Shown here piece after piece: positions 14,790 through 28,500 of a stretch of 64,000 nt of DNA. Source of the stretch: the human T2T-CHM13v2.0 reference genome, Homo sapiens; the NCBI RefSeq assembly GCF_009914755.1, contig NC_060925.1, one strand, 5' to 3'. The notes under the pieces are model-generated. The model did not search any database and was not told the DNA's origin. It worked only from the letters and a program-made list of their open reading frames with translations. How positions within the stretch are numbered: the stretch's first letter is position 1; each line of letters starts with the position of its first letter. The position numbers were made by a program, and so were the translations under genes.

Positions 14790-15687
14790 GACTCCCAGTC
14801 CCAATCACTGACTGAATGGGCTCCCTGTGGCCCAGGAGACCCCAGAAAAACCTTAAAACCTTAAAACTGAGTTCCCAGCCATGACGGGACAGGTCCAATG
14901 TGGCTTGTTATACTCTCCCTCTTTTGGGGTTTAGACACAACTGACTGGCATTGTTAAAATAGAGATCATGAGACTGATAGAGCAGACTCTTCTATGGCAG
15001 TAAGATACCAAATTATATACGGGACCTAAGTCCATGCCAGGCAAGGGTAAAGTCAGGCACTCCTATACTTAACGAATAAACTATGTTCTAACTGCCACAA
15101 GATTTTTCTTGTTCTCTAGCAGCTAAACAAGCACTGCCCTTGAGATAAGCAATATTAAAACAATTACAGCTCATCCAGCTCACAGATTCTGACTAACTGA
15201 CTAACCATAACTACAGTTTTCATTGGACAAGGGACTGATTTCAGTAACTTTCTCGTACAGAAGACCACCAGCCATGGACTGGTTCTGGGCAGTTTACAGA
15301 GACTGCATCTTTGAGAGCCTTCATGTCCTGAAAAGACCTTTTGACATAGAGAGCTTAACTGTAACACATTTAAATGTTAAGTCTCTACCCAGGGTGAACA
15401 TAGGTCTTATGTAACATACGTGTTTGTTCAATACACATGCATCAGGACTACCTTCATGAATATTCATAGCTCCTCCTGTAACCTGTTGAACATGTATATT
15501 TAGCCAAATTGTTCAGCACAAACTCCCACCCCAAAACCCCTCCTGCTTCCAGGTGCCTATCTTTGGTCTTTGCCAGAGGCACACTTCCCAGCCTGCAGTA
15601 TGGCCACCTTGCAGGCTGTAACTCTTTAGAAGAAATAAAGTCTCCTCTCCAAATTTATAAAGACTTTGTGATTTTTTACAGTTAACA
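14790..15687 (+). mobile_element. MER49/MER39-like ERV1 solo LTR
   Basis: gaccccagaaaaaccttaaaactgagttcccagccatgacggga...aaataaagtctcctctccaaattt...gttaaca. Left boundary uncertain. Confidence 0.7.
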
Positions 15688-16052
15688 ATTGAAACCAACA
15701 GAAATATAAGATATTACATAATTGAAACAAAAGCAGCTTATGAAAGGGTATCAAAAACCATAAAAGACATTTATAAATGAGTCTGAGACTCAGCAGTGGA
15801 GTCTGACATGGAGCAATCACTGCAGAGGCAGAAACAAAAGATTAAATGGCATCATTCAAAAAGAGCACATAGATTGAGAGAAAAGAGTTAACAATAGAAC
15901 CCTGGAAACACCAAGATAGAGAAAGAGAAGTCATCGGATAAGGCAAAAAACACAGACAATTGTGAGAAAAATCACTTATTCTATCTTTCAACCAGCACTT
16001 CTTGCCCAACTACAGTACTACATGCTTGGGAGAAATATGTTATAGAAGCCAA

Positions 16053-16240
16053 GGGGTATATTGCATGATACTGAGGTTTATAGTACGAATAATCTTGTCA
16101 CCCAGGTAATGAGCATAGTATCCAACACTTAGTTTTTCAACCCTTCCCCACCTGCCCCACATTCCCTCTTGTAAAATACCTACACAATGTATCCCCGAAT
16201 CTAAAATAAAAATTGAAATTATTTTTTAAAATAAATAAAT
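16053..16240 (+). mobile_element. Very short 5'-inverted L1 (late L1PA/L1PB) 3' end
   Basis: 16053-16169 is antisense 3'UTR. 16170-16240 is the sense terminal segment with an A-rich tail. Confidence 0.7.
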
Positions 16241-17019
16241 CATTTTATTAGAAACGAATCCAAGAGGAAGGTGACTCAAAGACAGAATAAACAACAGTGG
16301 CAAATGCTAGAGAGAGCTCAAGAAATAAAGGCCTGAGAAACATATTTAGAAGGTAATTATTAACTTTAGAGAGTGTATTTTCTCTATAGTGATGGGTGTA
16401 GACGATGGATGGAAAGTTGAGGGAGGTAAGTGAAGAGAAAAAAAATCACAAGTATAGACTTTCAAAAAGTTCTGTTATAAGGCAGTAGCCAGAGGTGATG
16501 CTTACTTGAGAAATTGATTTGTTGTTCTATAGATGAGAGATGGTTAAGAATGCTTACACATAATGAGGAAAAAGCCAGTACACACGGGCCTTTCAGCACA
16601 GTCTTTAACAACATATTTGTTTGCTGTTCAGCTCTTCATAAAAAATTACTTGTTTGAATGCAGTATTTTACCTACAGATGTTCAGCTCTTTGAATGTAAT
16701 GACCCCTAATCTTTGATACTTCTTTGATTCATTTAATAAGAACAGGTGCAATTATACCATATTTTACAATACCTGAAAATCAACTATGCAGTTGATCCTC
16801 ACAAACATCATTTTCCCTATTTACAGATAAATACCTGAGGTTTAAAGTGGGTAAATAATTTTCCCCAAACTAGTAGGTAGCAAGTTTCTTAAGAAAAAAA
16901 GGGAAAATAAAAAAGCCCAATTCCTCCTGCTTCAACGCTTTAATTATATCCTACTACTCTTCTACTAAGGACATTCCAGATAACATAAGAAATCTCTTGA
17001 GTTATTGAAACAGATTGAT

Positions 17020-17620
17020 TTTTAACTCTTTTTATGTAGATGTAACATACATACAGAAAAGCACACCAATCATAAGTATGTAGACCAATAAAATATCACA
17101 GTGAACACATTTATATAACAATCACCCACATCAAGAAACAGAACATTTCTACCACCACAAAGTCCTCATCTTGCCCCTTCCCAATCAATAGATCTTATGC
17201 CTCCCCAAAAGTAAACCCTGTTCTGACTTCCAACAACATGGAGTAGTTTTTTACTGTTCCTGGGCTTAATATTAACGAAATAATATGATACATATTATTT
17301 ACTGCCCATTTCTTTAACTCAATATTTCATTCATTCTCATTGCTGTGAAGTATTACATTGTAATATGCCATTCTGTTGACTGTTATGTGGGTTACTCCGA
17401 CTTCCACCTATTATTTAAAAAATACTGTTTCAACATTTTTGTGCACATCTTTGGTGCACATATGTACATATTCAGAGGAAGTACATATACCTAGCAGTAG
17501 GTCATAGAGCATGCATATGCCCAACTTAAATAGATCCTACCAAACTGTTTTCTAAGTGGTTGTACCAGTTTATACTCCCATCAGCAGCATATGAGAGTTT
17601 CCAGAGCTCCACATACTGTG
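17020..17620 (-). mobile_element. L1ME/L1MD-type 3' fragment
   Basis: caaactgttttctaagtggttgtaccagtttatactcccatcagcagcatatgagagtttcca. Confidence 0.7.
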
Positions 17621-20600
17621 TGGCAGATTCATTTTGAAAATATTTTACACTAATTTCTCACACATTTCTATTTCATAATGCACTCTTTAAAAGCCAAATC
17701 TTTTGTTAATATTTCTTCTTTATTGAATACCAATGTCCCAGGCCTTACTAAACTTGAACAGTTAACTTTCTTACATGCTACCATTGCCCGTGAAAACAAC
17801 AAAATGATACCTATATTCATCAATGTACTTTAAATGTATTTTATACCATGAGTTATCTGTTATTCCAAATTATAATCTTTCTTTCTTCACATTTCTTAGT
17901 AAGAAAATATTTGTGTGATACCTGGAGTGCCTACCTAACATCATCTATCCCCCAAAAATCTGCAGAAGATTTTGATGGGTCACTTATTCCTCTAGGAAAC
18001 CACTTCCCTGCTGGTAAAGGAAATGATCTATGTATAATACAGCCACTCAAGGGAAAAAAACAGATCTGTAAAAAACATCAGCATATACTAGCATGACTGC
18101 CAACTATATTTAATGCTTTGCAAGGCATTGTTTATACTTAATGCCAAATCATTAGAGTAATTCTAATTTTATCAACAAATGTCAAGAAGAGGCAGAAAAA
18201 CAGTCTCAATCATAAGAGTTTTGAAATTATTTATTCCATTTTCTAAGAAACAAGCCTTCTAGCCAAAGAGCTTTGGTATATTGTTAACATTTTTACATTA
18301 GCCCTATGATAATAAGAGCTGAGCTATCTAAAATAGTTCTTCCTAAAGGCAAATCAATTCAACAGTTTTTAACAACTAAATGGCCAAACTGACATATCTT
18401 TAGGGAGATGGGATTCAGGGATCTTTTATCAGTACTCAGAAAACAAATGAAATATATTTCAAGACATCTAGAAAATGTGAGGAGAAGCTATGTAAAATAG
18501 CAACGTAACAACAAACAAAATACTAATGAGCATTTTTGTGTTTGGTGTTATCCATCTAAAACTTGCCAAGCACATATTATATTTAAGACAACTCCAAATC
18601 TAAGACTGTCCACTGAATTCATACTTTATTCAAATACTATATAGAAATTATACACTTTTAAAATTTTTATAAAAGTTGTTATATTATTTGTGTAATTTTT
18701 ATTATAAACTTTTTCACCCAATTTCTCATGATGTAACTTTTTAACAAATACATCTACATTGTGTTTACTGTACTAAGTACTTTGCAACTATTAACTCACT
18801 TAATTGTTAAAAACAATTGTAGGTAAATGGAGAGCCAGAATTTGAACCTAGACAGTCTAATTCAAGTTCATGCCTCTAACCACACAAAGTACTGAAAAAA
18901 CATGTACGAATTTAACCAAAAAAAAAAACCCCTATTCTTTTTTATAATAAATCTTTGCTATACCTAGCCTATAGAATTTATTTAAGGGAAGAAAAGTTTA
19001 TAGGAAGACTCAAAGACAAAAAGTGTAATCCTTTGCTATATGCATATTTAGCTTGCTTAAAACAGTATGTCATCAATTTTATAAATATATTAAGAGAAAA
19101 TATGAAAACATATTTATCCTTAAGCAATAAAAGCTTCTTTTAAACAGTTTAGAATTATAAAACCTGAAGCGAATAAAAATAATTTTAACTTCTCTAATTA
19201 TGCTTTAATCAAGAATGCAATTCTAATCAAGTTTTTATCCATCCATTTATCTAGACTTTCCTAAGCACAGTATTTGAGAATACCAAAAGGCAATTTCATT
19301 TTGTTTGTCAGGGAAGAAAAAGGATATAAGAGAACTCTAAGGTCACTTAGTCAATTTCCTGCTCAGTCGTTTTATTTTCCCTATATTACCCAGGGCTTTG
19401 CAGAGCTGCAATAGAGAGTGCTAGAGTGCACATTTTCCCCTCAGTGATATAGAATGTTTCCAGCAAAATGAAAATATGTTCAAGTCAACTTTTTTAAAAA
19501 AGAAAGGCATGCCTGCATGAAGCAAAGAAAGGACCATTCAAGTATTTACTTTCCTGGTCTTAACAGATTTCAACTCATAATGGCCCTGCTTCCTCTGACT
19601 AGTTTTACTATTTAACTTAAGTACTGTAGTTCTAAATCAAATACATCTAGAATCCTCACATATTACCAAAATAACTGAAAGAATATCTGGAAAAAACTAT
19701 GATTCTGCAGCTATAAAAATCACTTCAATCCCAATGTAAATTCTCTGTAAACTCCATCCCAGTTTCTTAAAAAGTAATAGGAGTAGTAACTGCAAGAGGA
19801 TTAATATTAGAACCAGACTATATTTTTGATGTGCATTCAAAAATGCTTCTGTCTCCAGCAAACCATAGCACCTGAAATTCCCATTCGAGTAACTTTTTGA
19901 ATATCCAGATAACACCATTAAACTGCCTTAATGCTAATACTTCATGCATAACACACACAATTAACCCTAGAAACAAACCCGTATTTGTGCATCTGTCATA
20001 AGAGAAGAATGAGACTCAGTGAAGTTAGCGTCTAACAGTCCCAAGATCACACAGCTTGACGGAGCTACCATTCAAATCCTCAATCAAAACTAGTGTAAAT
20101 ATACTACAGCTGCCTCAGTTCCCAAGTGGGTTGAAAGGAATAACAGATGATTACACATCAACATAAAATAATGGATTAATTTAACAGAAAACAGTATACA
20201 ACAGAGCTGTGAGGAAAGGGGAAAACAAGACATGTGCATCTGAAATGTAGAGAAGGCTGAACTTTGGGAGATCTGCAGCCTAATGCCCTAATCAGGCAGG
20301 AAAGGCTCCAATGGGATGGCACCAATGAGGTAGGGTCTAGATAGGAACAAGGAGGGGACAAGTACAGCAGAGACATGGTACATAGATAAGTAGCTTTCAC
20401 AGCTTAACATAGGCCTGTTGTGGTAGTTACATATCCAATACTATAGGTATAGTTAGTATCTTTATTTCTGCCAGCTTACAAACTTATTTTTTTCTTCAAA
20501 ATACATGAAGAAAGAGCAGATACCCTTCCAGCTTTAGGGCTTGCTCAAAAATGCCCATAATTGACATCAATGAATGTCCTCTATTTAGACTATTTAAAGG

Positions 20601-21188
20601 ACTATCAGAAATTCTACTTTGTTTTAAATCAAGTTGTTGTTTGACTGATTTAAAAAGATTAAATCAGCTATATGTCTGTGTATTTGCTTTAAAAATAAAA
20701 ATGTTTAAATATGAAATGGCATTCCAATCTGCTCTACCATGCTGAAATGCTCCAGAAATTTTTAAAATATTCTCTCTTTACAGTATTATTTCCTTACAGA
20801 TACCACAGATCTTACAGTAGCTGTACAGTATAAAATGCAAGAGAGTACCTGAAGGTCCTAGGCATTTTGATTACTTCCTGGTGGGTATACCTTCAATTAC
20901 ATAATTTTCCATAATTTCCTATTTCTTTCCAGAAAGGGTAAACACAAAAAATACTTAGTGAGTGAGGGGTGGAAGGCAGCTAGAGATTATCTGTTAAATC
21001 CTGTGCCTCTAGGCATAACAAACAAATTGTGTATTTTAAACACAATTTTGTAAAACAATCCAAACAAATTAAAAAAGAAAAAGCAAACCTTTCAACTCTT
21101 ACCATATACTGGTATAATTTTTATAATGACACTAAGTACCAACATTAATTGTAATACCAATGTAAAGATGGCATTTGTTTTTCACATT

Positions 21189-21560
21189 TAATATGGTTAG
21201 GCTTTCTGTCCCCACCCAAATCTCATCTTGAATTGTAATCCCCAGGTGTTGAGAGAGGAAACTGGTGGGAGGTGATTGAATCATGTGGGTGGTTTCCCCC
21301 ATGCTGTTCTCATAATAGTGAGTGAGTTCTCATGAGATCTGATGGTTTTATAAGGGTTTGGCCACAAGTTCTTCTTTCATTCACTTGTCTCTCTCCTGCT
21401 GCCTTGTGAAGAAGGTGACTGCTTCTCCTTTTGCCATGATTATAAGTTTCCTGAGGCCTCCTCAGCCAGGCAAAACTGTGAGTCAATCAAGCCTCTTTCC
21501 TTTGTAAATTCCCCAGTCTCAGGTAGTATCTTTATAGCAGTGTGAAAACGGACTAATGCA
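21189..21560 (+). mobile_element. THE1D-like MaLR solo LTR
   Basis: cccacccaaatctcatcttgaattgtaatccc...ctttatagcagtgtgaaaacggactaatgca. 5-bp TSD ACATT (21184-21188 / 21561-21565). Confidence 0.88.
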
Positions 21561-23051
21561 ACATTTTATTTTCTTTTAGCTACTGTATACAATCTTTATA
21601 AAGCCCTAGGTTGAGTAGTACTAATTGTAATGGCATACCTAAAGGCATCTGTGATCTGTCACCGATTAGCCATGTAATCTTGGCCAAGCTATTTAACAAC
21701 ACGAGCCACATTCCTCACTATAAAACTGATGATACTACAGTATAATACCTCTGAATAGGTTTGTAAGGATTAAATAAGTTTCAGAAATCTGTAGCGTGTA
21801 GGATATGTTTAGCACAATGACTTTTACTAATGTGAATTACACATATGAAATTTCTGTGTATGTTCTGAAGTGTTGTAAAGATGCACTATTATCATCACTA
21901 ACATATCATATTAAAGATTATATGCGTAATCGTCATTAAAAAAACTCAAACCTAATAGGGTCATTTGAGAACTAACAGCATAGCACATGTGAAAAATGTT
22001 TAACACAAAGCAAGCTCTCAATAAATGTTTATTTAAAAGTCTATGAGTGAAATACACCCAGTGAAGCCAAACAGGGAGATTTAGTAAACTATGTAGCTCC
22101 AGACTATTATATGACTGCAATATTTATGTATAATAACCTTTCATTTATGAGACAGAACATTATGTTGCATATTAAAATCATCAATTATTAATGTTTTGAG
22201 TCCAAAGACCCTCATGAAATGTTATTAGAGACAATATAATATGAATTCCCCTTGTAGGACATTAGTTTTAGTATATATTAAAAAACACGTATATAATTAT
22301 ATACCTATATTTCAATATATGTATAAATAATTCTTATGCATCTGCATACATGACAATCACTTCTAAAAACAAATATATTGCAATCTTTATAATAATCAGA
22401 TTTTGCCAAAAATTTTACAAAGCCTGGTTTTTCTAAATCTTTAAACAAATGATGTATTTTCATATCCAACTTACTTTAGACAATATAAATCTATATTTAG
22501 ATAATCAACCATACACACTTTCATCAGTTTTATCTCCTCTCCTGATTCTCTCCCAGAGTCAAGTTTCACATTTCTAACTGCATCCTCATCATATCCACAT
22601 GGATATACCATTATTACTGCAAGTTCAAGGTGCCTAAAATAAATCTATCCTTTCCACAACAAAACTATGTCCTCCTTTGATTCTTCCATTTCTGTCAATG
22701 AATCCCCAAGTTTGACAACTTAGTTTTTTTTAATTCCTTTCGCTCTCCTCTCTGGAGAGACAACATCATATACAACCAACATTAAAGGGCTTTGGAGTCA
22801 ACTAGATCTGAATTAGTCCTGTTTCTACTTCTTACTAACTATGTGAGCTTAAGCAAGTTATTATATACTCTACACTTAAGTTCCATATCTATAAAATAGA
22901 AATTAATCTCATTTACCTTGCAAGATTATGGAAGACTTAAATATAAGGCATATAAAGTACCTAGGAAATAGTGAGCTTTTATACATGTTGATAAAGCCAC
23001 TTCTCTTCCTTCATCACAACCAGTCATCAAGAACTATAAATCCTTACTTTG

Positions 23052-23347
23052 GGCCAGGCGCAGTGGCTCACGCCTGTAATCCCAGCACTTTGGGAGGTCA
23101 AGGCGGGCAGATCACGAGGTCAGGAGATCGAGACCATCCTGGCTAACACGGTGAAACCCCGTCTCTACTAAAAACACAAAAAAATTAGCCGGGCATGGTA
23201 GTGGGCACCCGCAGTCCCAGCTACTCAGGAGGCTGAGGCAGGAGAATGGCGTAAACCCAGGAGGCGGAGTTTGCAGTGAGGCGAGACCGCGCCACTGCAC
23301 TCCAGCCTGGGCGACAGAGTGAGACTCCGTCTCAAAAAAAAAAAAAA
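23052..23347 (+). mobile_element. AluY
   Basis: AluY diagnostics. 14-bp TSD AAATCCTTACTTTG. Confidence 0.93.
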
Positions 23348-24515
23348 AAATCCTTACTTTGAAATGTCCCCTATGTCACTACCTTGTTCTGGGGCCTTCT
23401 CATTTAAATACTCAGGTTTTGGGTCTCATTTAGTTCCCTATGTATCTGGGATAATGGCCACAAAACAGCCAGCCTATCCAGTGATCATTTCTTACCTGGC
23501 ATACTAGCTCCCAATAACACAAAAGCTACTTTACATCTATTTAGGATTCCTGAACATTCACTCCATCAAAGTTCCTTCTGCCTACCTTTCAATACTTTCC
23601 CTCATCCCTATGATCCTTCATAATTCCTTTAGGAGTCTCTGAGAGTGACCCTGACACAAATTCTCCATTTCCTTATTGCCTATCCTTTTTGTATCCATCC
23701 AATTGCTCTGCCAGGCAGACAAGCTCCCTTACGTCATCCTACCTTGTAGAACTAATGTGATCTTGAGGACTCTCACTCCTATAAACTCTCCCCAATGCTC
23801 CTATACTCTTCATTGAATGTTCCCACTAAGGGAACACACTATAACTGCACTATTTCCCTTGCAGTCCTCTTAAGAGGAGACGGCTCACGTTTTCTTTTTT
23901 ACCATTGGTTCTCAAACATGAGAGGAGAAACAGCCCCATGTTAGCTTGCACATCATTACTATTCCATCCTTATTCAAAAACGCTTTCTCTTTGGAATGCC
24001 AAGCCATAAGACTAAACCATCCTTTCCCTACTTATAGTGAAATGTTATAGAATTCCTTGTCATTTCTTCACTGGTTGATATGAATACACTGATGAATAAA
24101 GCAAATAAAACAGGATATTAAGTGGGATATAGTGACTGAACCAAAATACAATAAGATTAATTTCACCATTTAAAAAATATTTTAATGTGGTTACTAGCAA
24201 ATTTAAAATTACAAAGGTAGATTACATTTAAGGTTGACATTGTATTTCTACTGGACATTGTTGAGATTGAGCTTTCCATTCCAAGTTCCTTGATCCAGAA
24301 ATCTAGCCTTCAATGGACTAGATTAGCTGAATGTGAGTTTTTAATTTAAACTCTACTATACTCTTCCTTTCTAGTTTTGATAGTCTCTACTCTTCTATCC
24401 AGACAGTATACCTATTCTCCTGAAAACTACTTCTCACTAACTCCTCTGTGCAGTTGTGTCTCTTCCTACCCAGAATACCCTTTTCCTTTCCCTTCTCACC
24501 CACAATAGACATCCC

Positions 24516-24878
24516 TGTGACAGAATATTCTTCAAAATACTTGCTGCCCGGCCCTATGGCAGAATTACACACCCCATCTTGTTAATATTAGGCTTGCTAA
24601 TATCATGAGAAGTAACGTGTGCCATTTCCAAGCAGAAGCTTTAAAAACCATTGCTTAGTTCCAATATGGTCCCTTTTCTTCTTACATGAGACCAGCAGTA
24701 ACCCAAATAGAAGCTACTCCATCAGCCTGGATTCTGACATGAAGGTGTAGATCAACACTACAACTGGCCCACAATAAGCATATAAATGGAAGCAAGAAAT
24801 AAACCTTTGCTGTTGTAAACTCCTGGGATTTTTAAGTATTTACTATCACTGTACAATTTAGCCAAAACTGGCTAATCC
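24516..24878 (+). mobile_element. MLT1I-like MaLR LTR
   Basis: gaagtaacgtgtgccatttccaagcagaagcttt...gcaagaaataaacctttgctgttgtaa. Confidence 0.65.
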
Positions 24879-25389
24879 TTTTACCAGAATCATTCCCATT
24901 GTTCAAGACCTATTTTAAGCTCCACTATCACCATAAAACTTTCCCGATCAGTTTTGCCCTAAATTAGCTTTTCCTCCTCTAAATTCCAAAATTTCAGCTG
25001 TACGATGTTTTTGGCAATTCTAGTCCATTCTGGTTTTGAATTATTATTCAAATGTGAATCATGCATAATTACTTAATGCTTGCTAACATCACAAAAACAG
25101 AAGAAGCCAGACATTATGTGTCTCTTAAGTGGCACATACAATAGTACTTTTGAAGTAGTCTTGCAGGGGGAAGGGCGAGGGGGCCTAAATCTAATCAAGC
25201 TTCTAGATATATCCAATAATTTACAGAAAATATAGAAGACAATACAATGTGTTGAACTACACCATGGGAAAGTATTTAGCAAAATGCAAAAAAAAAAAAA
25301 AACCTGCTTTCTTCAAACAAAAAAAAATTGCAGGGGGAAAAATAGACAGAATGAGGAAGCAGTATATGAAATAATCAAATTAAAAACTG

Positions 25390-25560
25390 AGGGCAGAGGT
25401 GTGGTAACACAGGTCTATAATCCTGGGGCTTTGGGAGGCTGAGGCAGGAGGATTTCTTGAGCCCAGGAGTTGAAGGCTGAAGTAAGCCACAATCATGCCA
25501 CTGCACTCCAGCCTGGATGACCCAGTCAGACTCTTGTCTCTGCAGAATATAATAATAATT
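25390..25560 (+). mobile_element. Alu monomer (FLAM/FRAM or AluJ half)
   Basis: Single Alu arm with an A-rich tail. Confidence 0.7.
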
Positions 25561-25589
25561 TTCATTTAAAAACTAACTGGGAGCTTTTA

Positions 25590-28500
25590 AAAAAATTGCA
25601 AATGGGAGGCAGGACTAGCTTGTGGCTCCACTCAGAGCAGCATATGGAGACTTGTAAACTTTTGCTCCAAGAATGACCACAGAAACATACCAGGAAAGCT
25701 CAGAGAATCTACAGACCCTTTGAAGGAAGCAGCTTGCTGCTGCAGACTCCATAAGACAGTTGAAAAGCTGTAAGTGCCCAAAGTGCAAAAGGGGAAACAT
25801 CCACCCCCCTCCCAATACACATCCTCACTGGGGTACCTGAAGGTCCAGATCATGGGAGAAGGATTTAACCTTTCCTGGAGCTGAGACAAATATAAGAGAT
25901 GAGCGAAATATAGGAATAGAGGAAGCAGAGGAAAGAGCCCCGTGGGCACTCTTGGTCCCCAGGGAAGCCATTGTTGACTTTGTCTCAGAGGGGTCCATGG
26001 GGAGAGATGCCACTAGAATTGGGGAAAGACTACAGGGAGAAGGAAACTTCCAGCTGAACTTTGTAACAATTTCAAGTAAACTCAAAGTTTCCTGGACAGA
26101 ATCTGGGAAAGGGGTGACCCAGGAGAGAAGATACAGCACAGAAACTGGGGCAGGTGGGGAGGCACAAATCCTGAAAGCTGCTTGCTTTCTCAGTGGAGAG
26201 GCTTGGAGCCTGAGACAAGTTTTCAGCCCTGCTCACCGGCTGCCTGGAAATAAACTCAGTGCTATTGGGGTGCACAGTGAAAGTGAGACCAGCCTTTCAG
26301 GCTGCGTTGGAGCTGGATGAGGCCTGTCACTGCGGCCTTTCCCACTTCCCTGGCCACCTGTATGATGCAGAAGAGGCAGCCATAATCCCCCTGAGAACAC
26401 AACTCCACTGGGCTGAGAACCACAACCCCATACCCCACAGGGGCTGAAGCAGGCCCTGCCCAAGAAGAGTCTGAGCTAAAACATGCCTAACCCTGCCCTC
26501 ACCTGAAGGTCTCTCTCTACCTGCCCTGGTAGCCAAAGACAAAGAACATAGTCTCTTGGGAACTCTATGCCCCAAACCACAGCCTGAGACACCCAAATAC
26601 TTATCCAAGCAACCCTAGGGCAAGCTTGTATTCTCCCTATACTACTGCAGCTGATGCTCTCTTGAAAGCACCACTTCCTGGCTGGAGGCCAACCAACAGA
26701 AAACGAGTATGCTAAATAAAAATACAACCAAGGACCCTCACAGAGTCCACTTCACTCCCCTGCTACCTGCACCAGAGCAGGTGCTGGTATCCACTGCTGA
26801 GAGTCCTGAAAATGGATCACATCACAGGAAATGGATCATATCACAGGACTCTTTGCAGACACTCCCCAGTACCAGCCCAGAGCCCAGTATCTCCACTAGG
26901 TGGCTAGACTGAGAAGAGCAGTAACAATCACTGCAGTCCAGCTCTCAGGAAGCCCTATCCCTAGGGGAAGAGGGAGAGCACCACATCAAAGGAGCACCCT
27001 ATGGGACACAAGAATGTGAACAGCAGCCCTTAAGTCAAATATCTTCCCCCTGACATAATCTACCCAAATGAGAAGGAACCAGAAAAAACAGTTCTGGTAA
27101 TATGACAAAACAAGATTCTTTAACACCCCCAAAAAAATCACATTAGCTTACCAGCAATGGATCAAAACCAAGAAAAAAAATCTCTGAATTGCCGGAAAAA
27201 GAATCAGGTCAATTATTAAGCTACTCAAGGAGGCACCAGAGAAAGGCAAATACCAACTTAATGAAATTTTTTAAATATTAAAGAATATGGATGGAAAAAT
27301 CCCCAGAGAAATAGATAGCATAAATAAAAAGCAATCACTACTTCTGGAAATGAAAAACACACTTAGAGAAAAGCAAAATACATTGGAAAATCTCAGCAAT
27401 AGAATCAAACAAGTAGAAGAAAGAACTTCAGAGCTCGAAGATGCTTCTAAATTAATCAAATCCAACAATGACAAAGAAAAAGGAATAAAAAAAATGAACA
27501 AAGCCTCCAAGAAGTCTGGGATTATGGTAAATGAACAAGCCTAAGAATAATTGGTGTACTCAAGGAAGAAGAGAAATCTAAAAGTTTGGAAAATATACTT
27601 GAGAAAATAATTGAAGAAAACATCCTTAGCCTTGATAAAAATCTAGACATCCAAATACAAGAAGCACAAAGAACACCTGGGAAATTCATCACAAAAAGAT
27701 CACTGCCTAGGCACATACTCATCAGGTAATCTAACATCAAGACGAAGGAAAGTATATTAACAGCTATGAGGCAAAAGCATCAGGGAAACTATAAAGGAAA
27801 ACCAATCAGATTAATAGCAGATTTTTCAGCAAAAACACAAGCTAGAAGGTACTGAGGTCCTATCTTTAGCCTCCTTGGGAAAAAAGCAATTATCAGCCAA
27901 AAATTTTGTATCCAGTGAAACTAAACTTCGTAAATGAAGGAGATAGTCTTTTTATAATAAATGCTGAGAGGATTTGCCAAAATCAAATCAGCACTACAAA
28001 ATCTCCTAAAAGGAGTTCTAAATCTTGAAACGAATCCTCAAAATATACCAAAATATAACCTCCTTAAAGCATAAATCTCACAGGACCTATAATACAATAA
28101 TATAATGAAAAAAATGAGGTATTCGGGCAACAGACAGCATGATGAATAGAAAAGCACCTCACATCTCAATACTAACATTGAATATAAATGGCCTAAATGC
28201 TCCACTTAAAAGATACAGAATGGCAGAATGGGTAAGAATTCACCAACCAAGTATCTGCTGTCTTCAAGAGACTTGCCTAACACATAAGGACTCACAAAAA
28301 CTCAAGGTAAAGGGATGGAAAAACATATTCCTTGCAAATGGACACCAAAAGTGAGCAGGAGTAGCTATTCTTATATCAGACAAAACAGACTTTAAAGCAA
28401 CAGCAGTTAAAAAAGACAAAGAGGGACATTATATAACAATGAAAAGACTATTGTAATGGGAAAATATCACAATCTGAAATATATATGCACCTAACACTGG

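Noticed and set aside
14000-14791. 263-aa ORF, the longest in the track, and neighbouring ORFs at 13099-14388
   Set aside because: They lie within the GC-rich MER52 LTR, where stop codons are scarce, and show no recognisable domain.
26810-26847. 19-bp tandem duplication in the L1PB 5'UTR (a similar 18-bp one lies near 11327-11365)
   Set aside because: Ordinary slippage-type micro-duplications in dead repeats.
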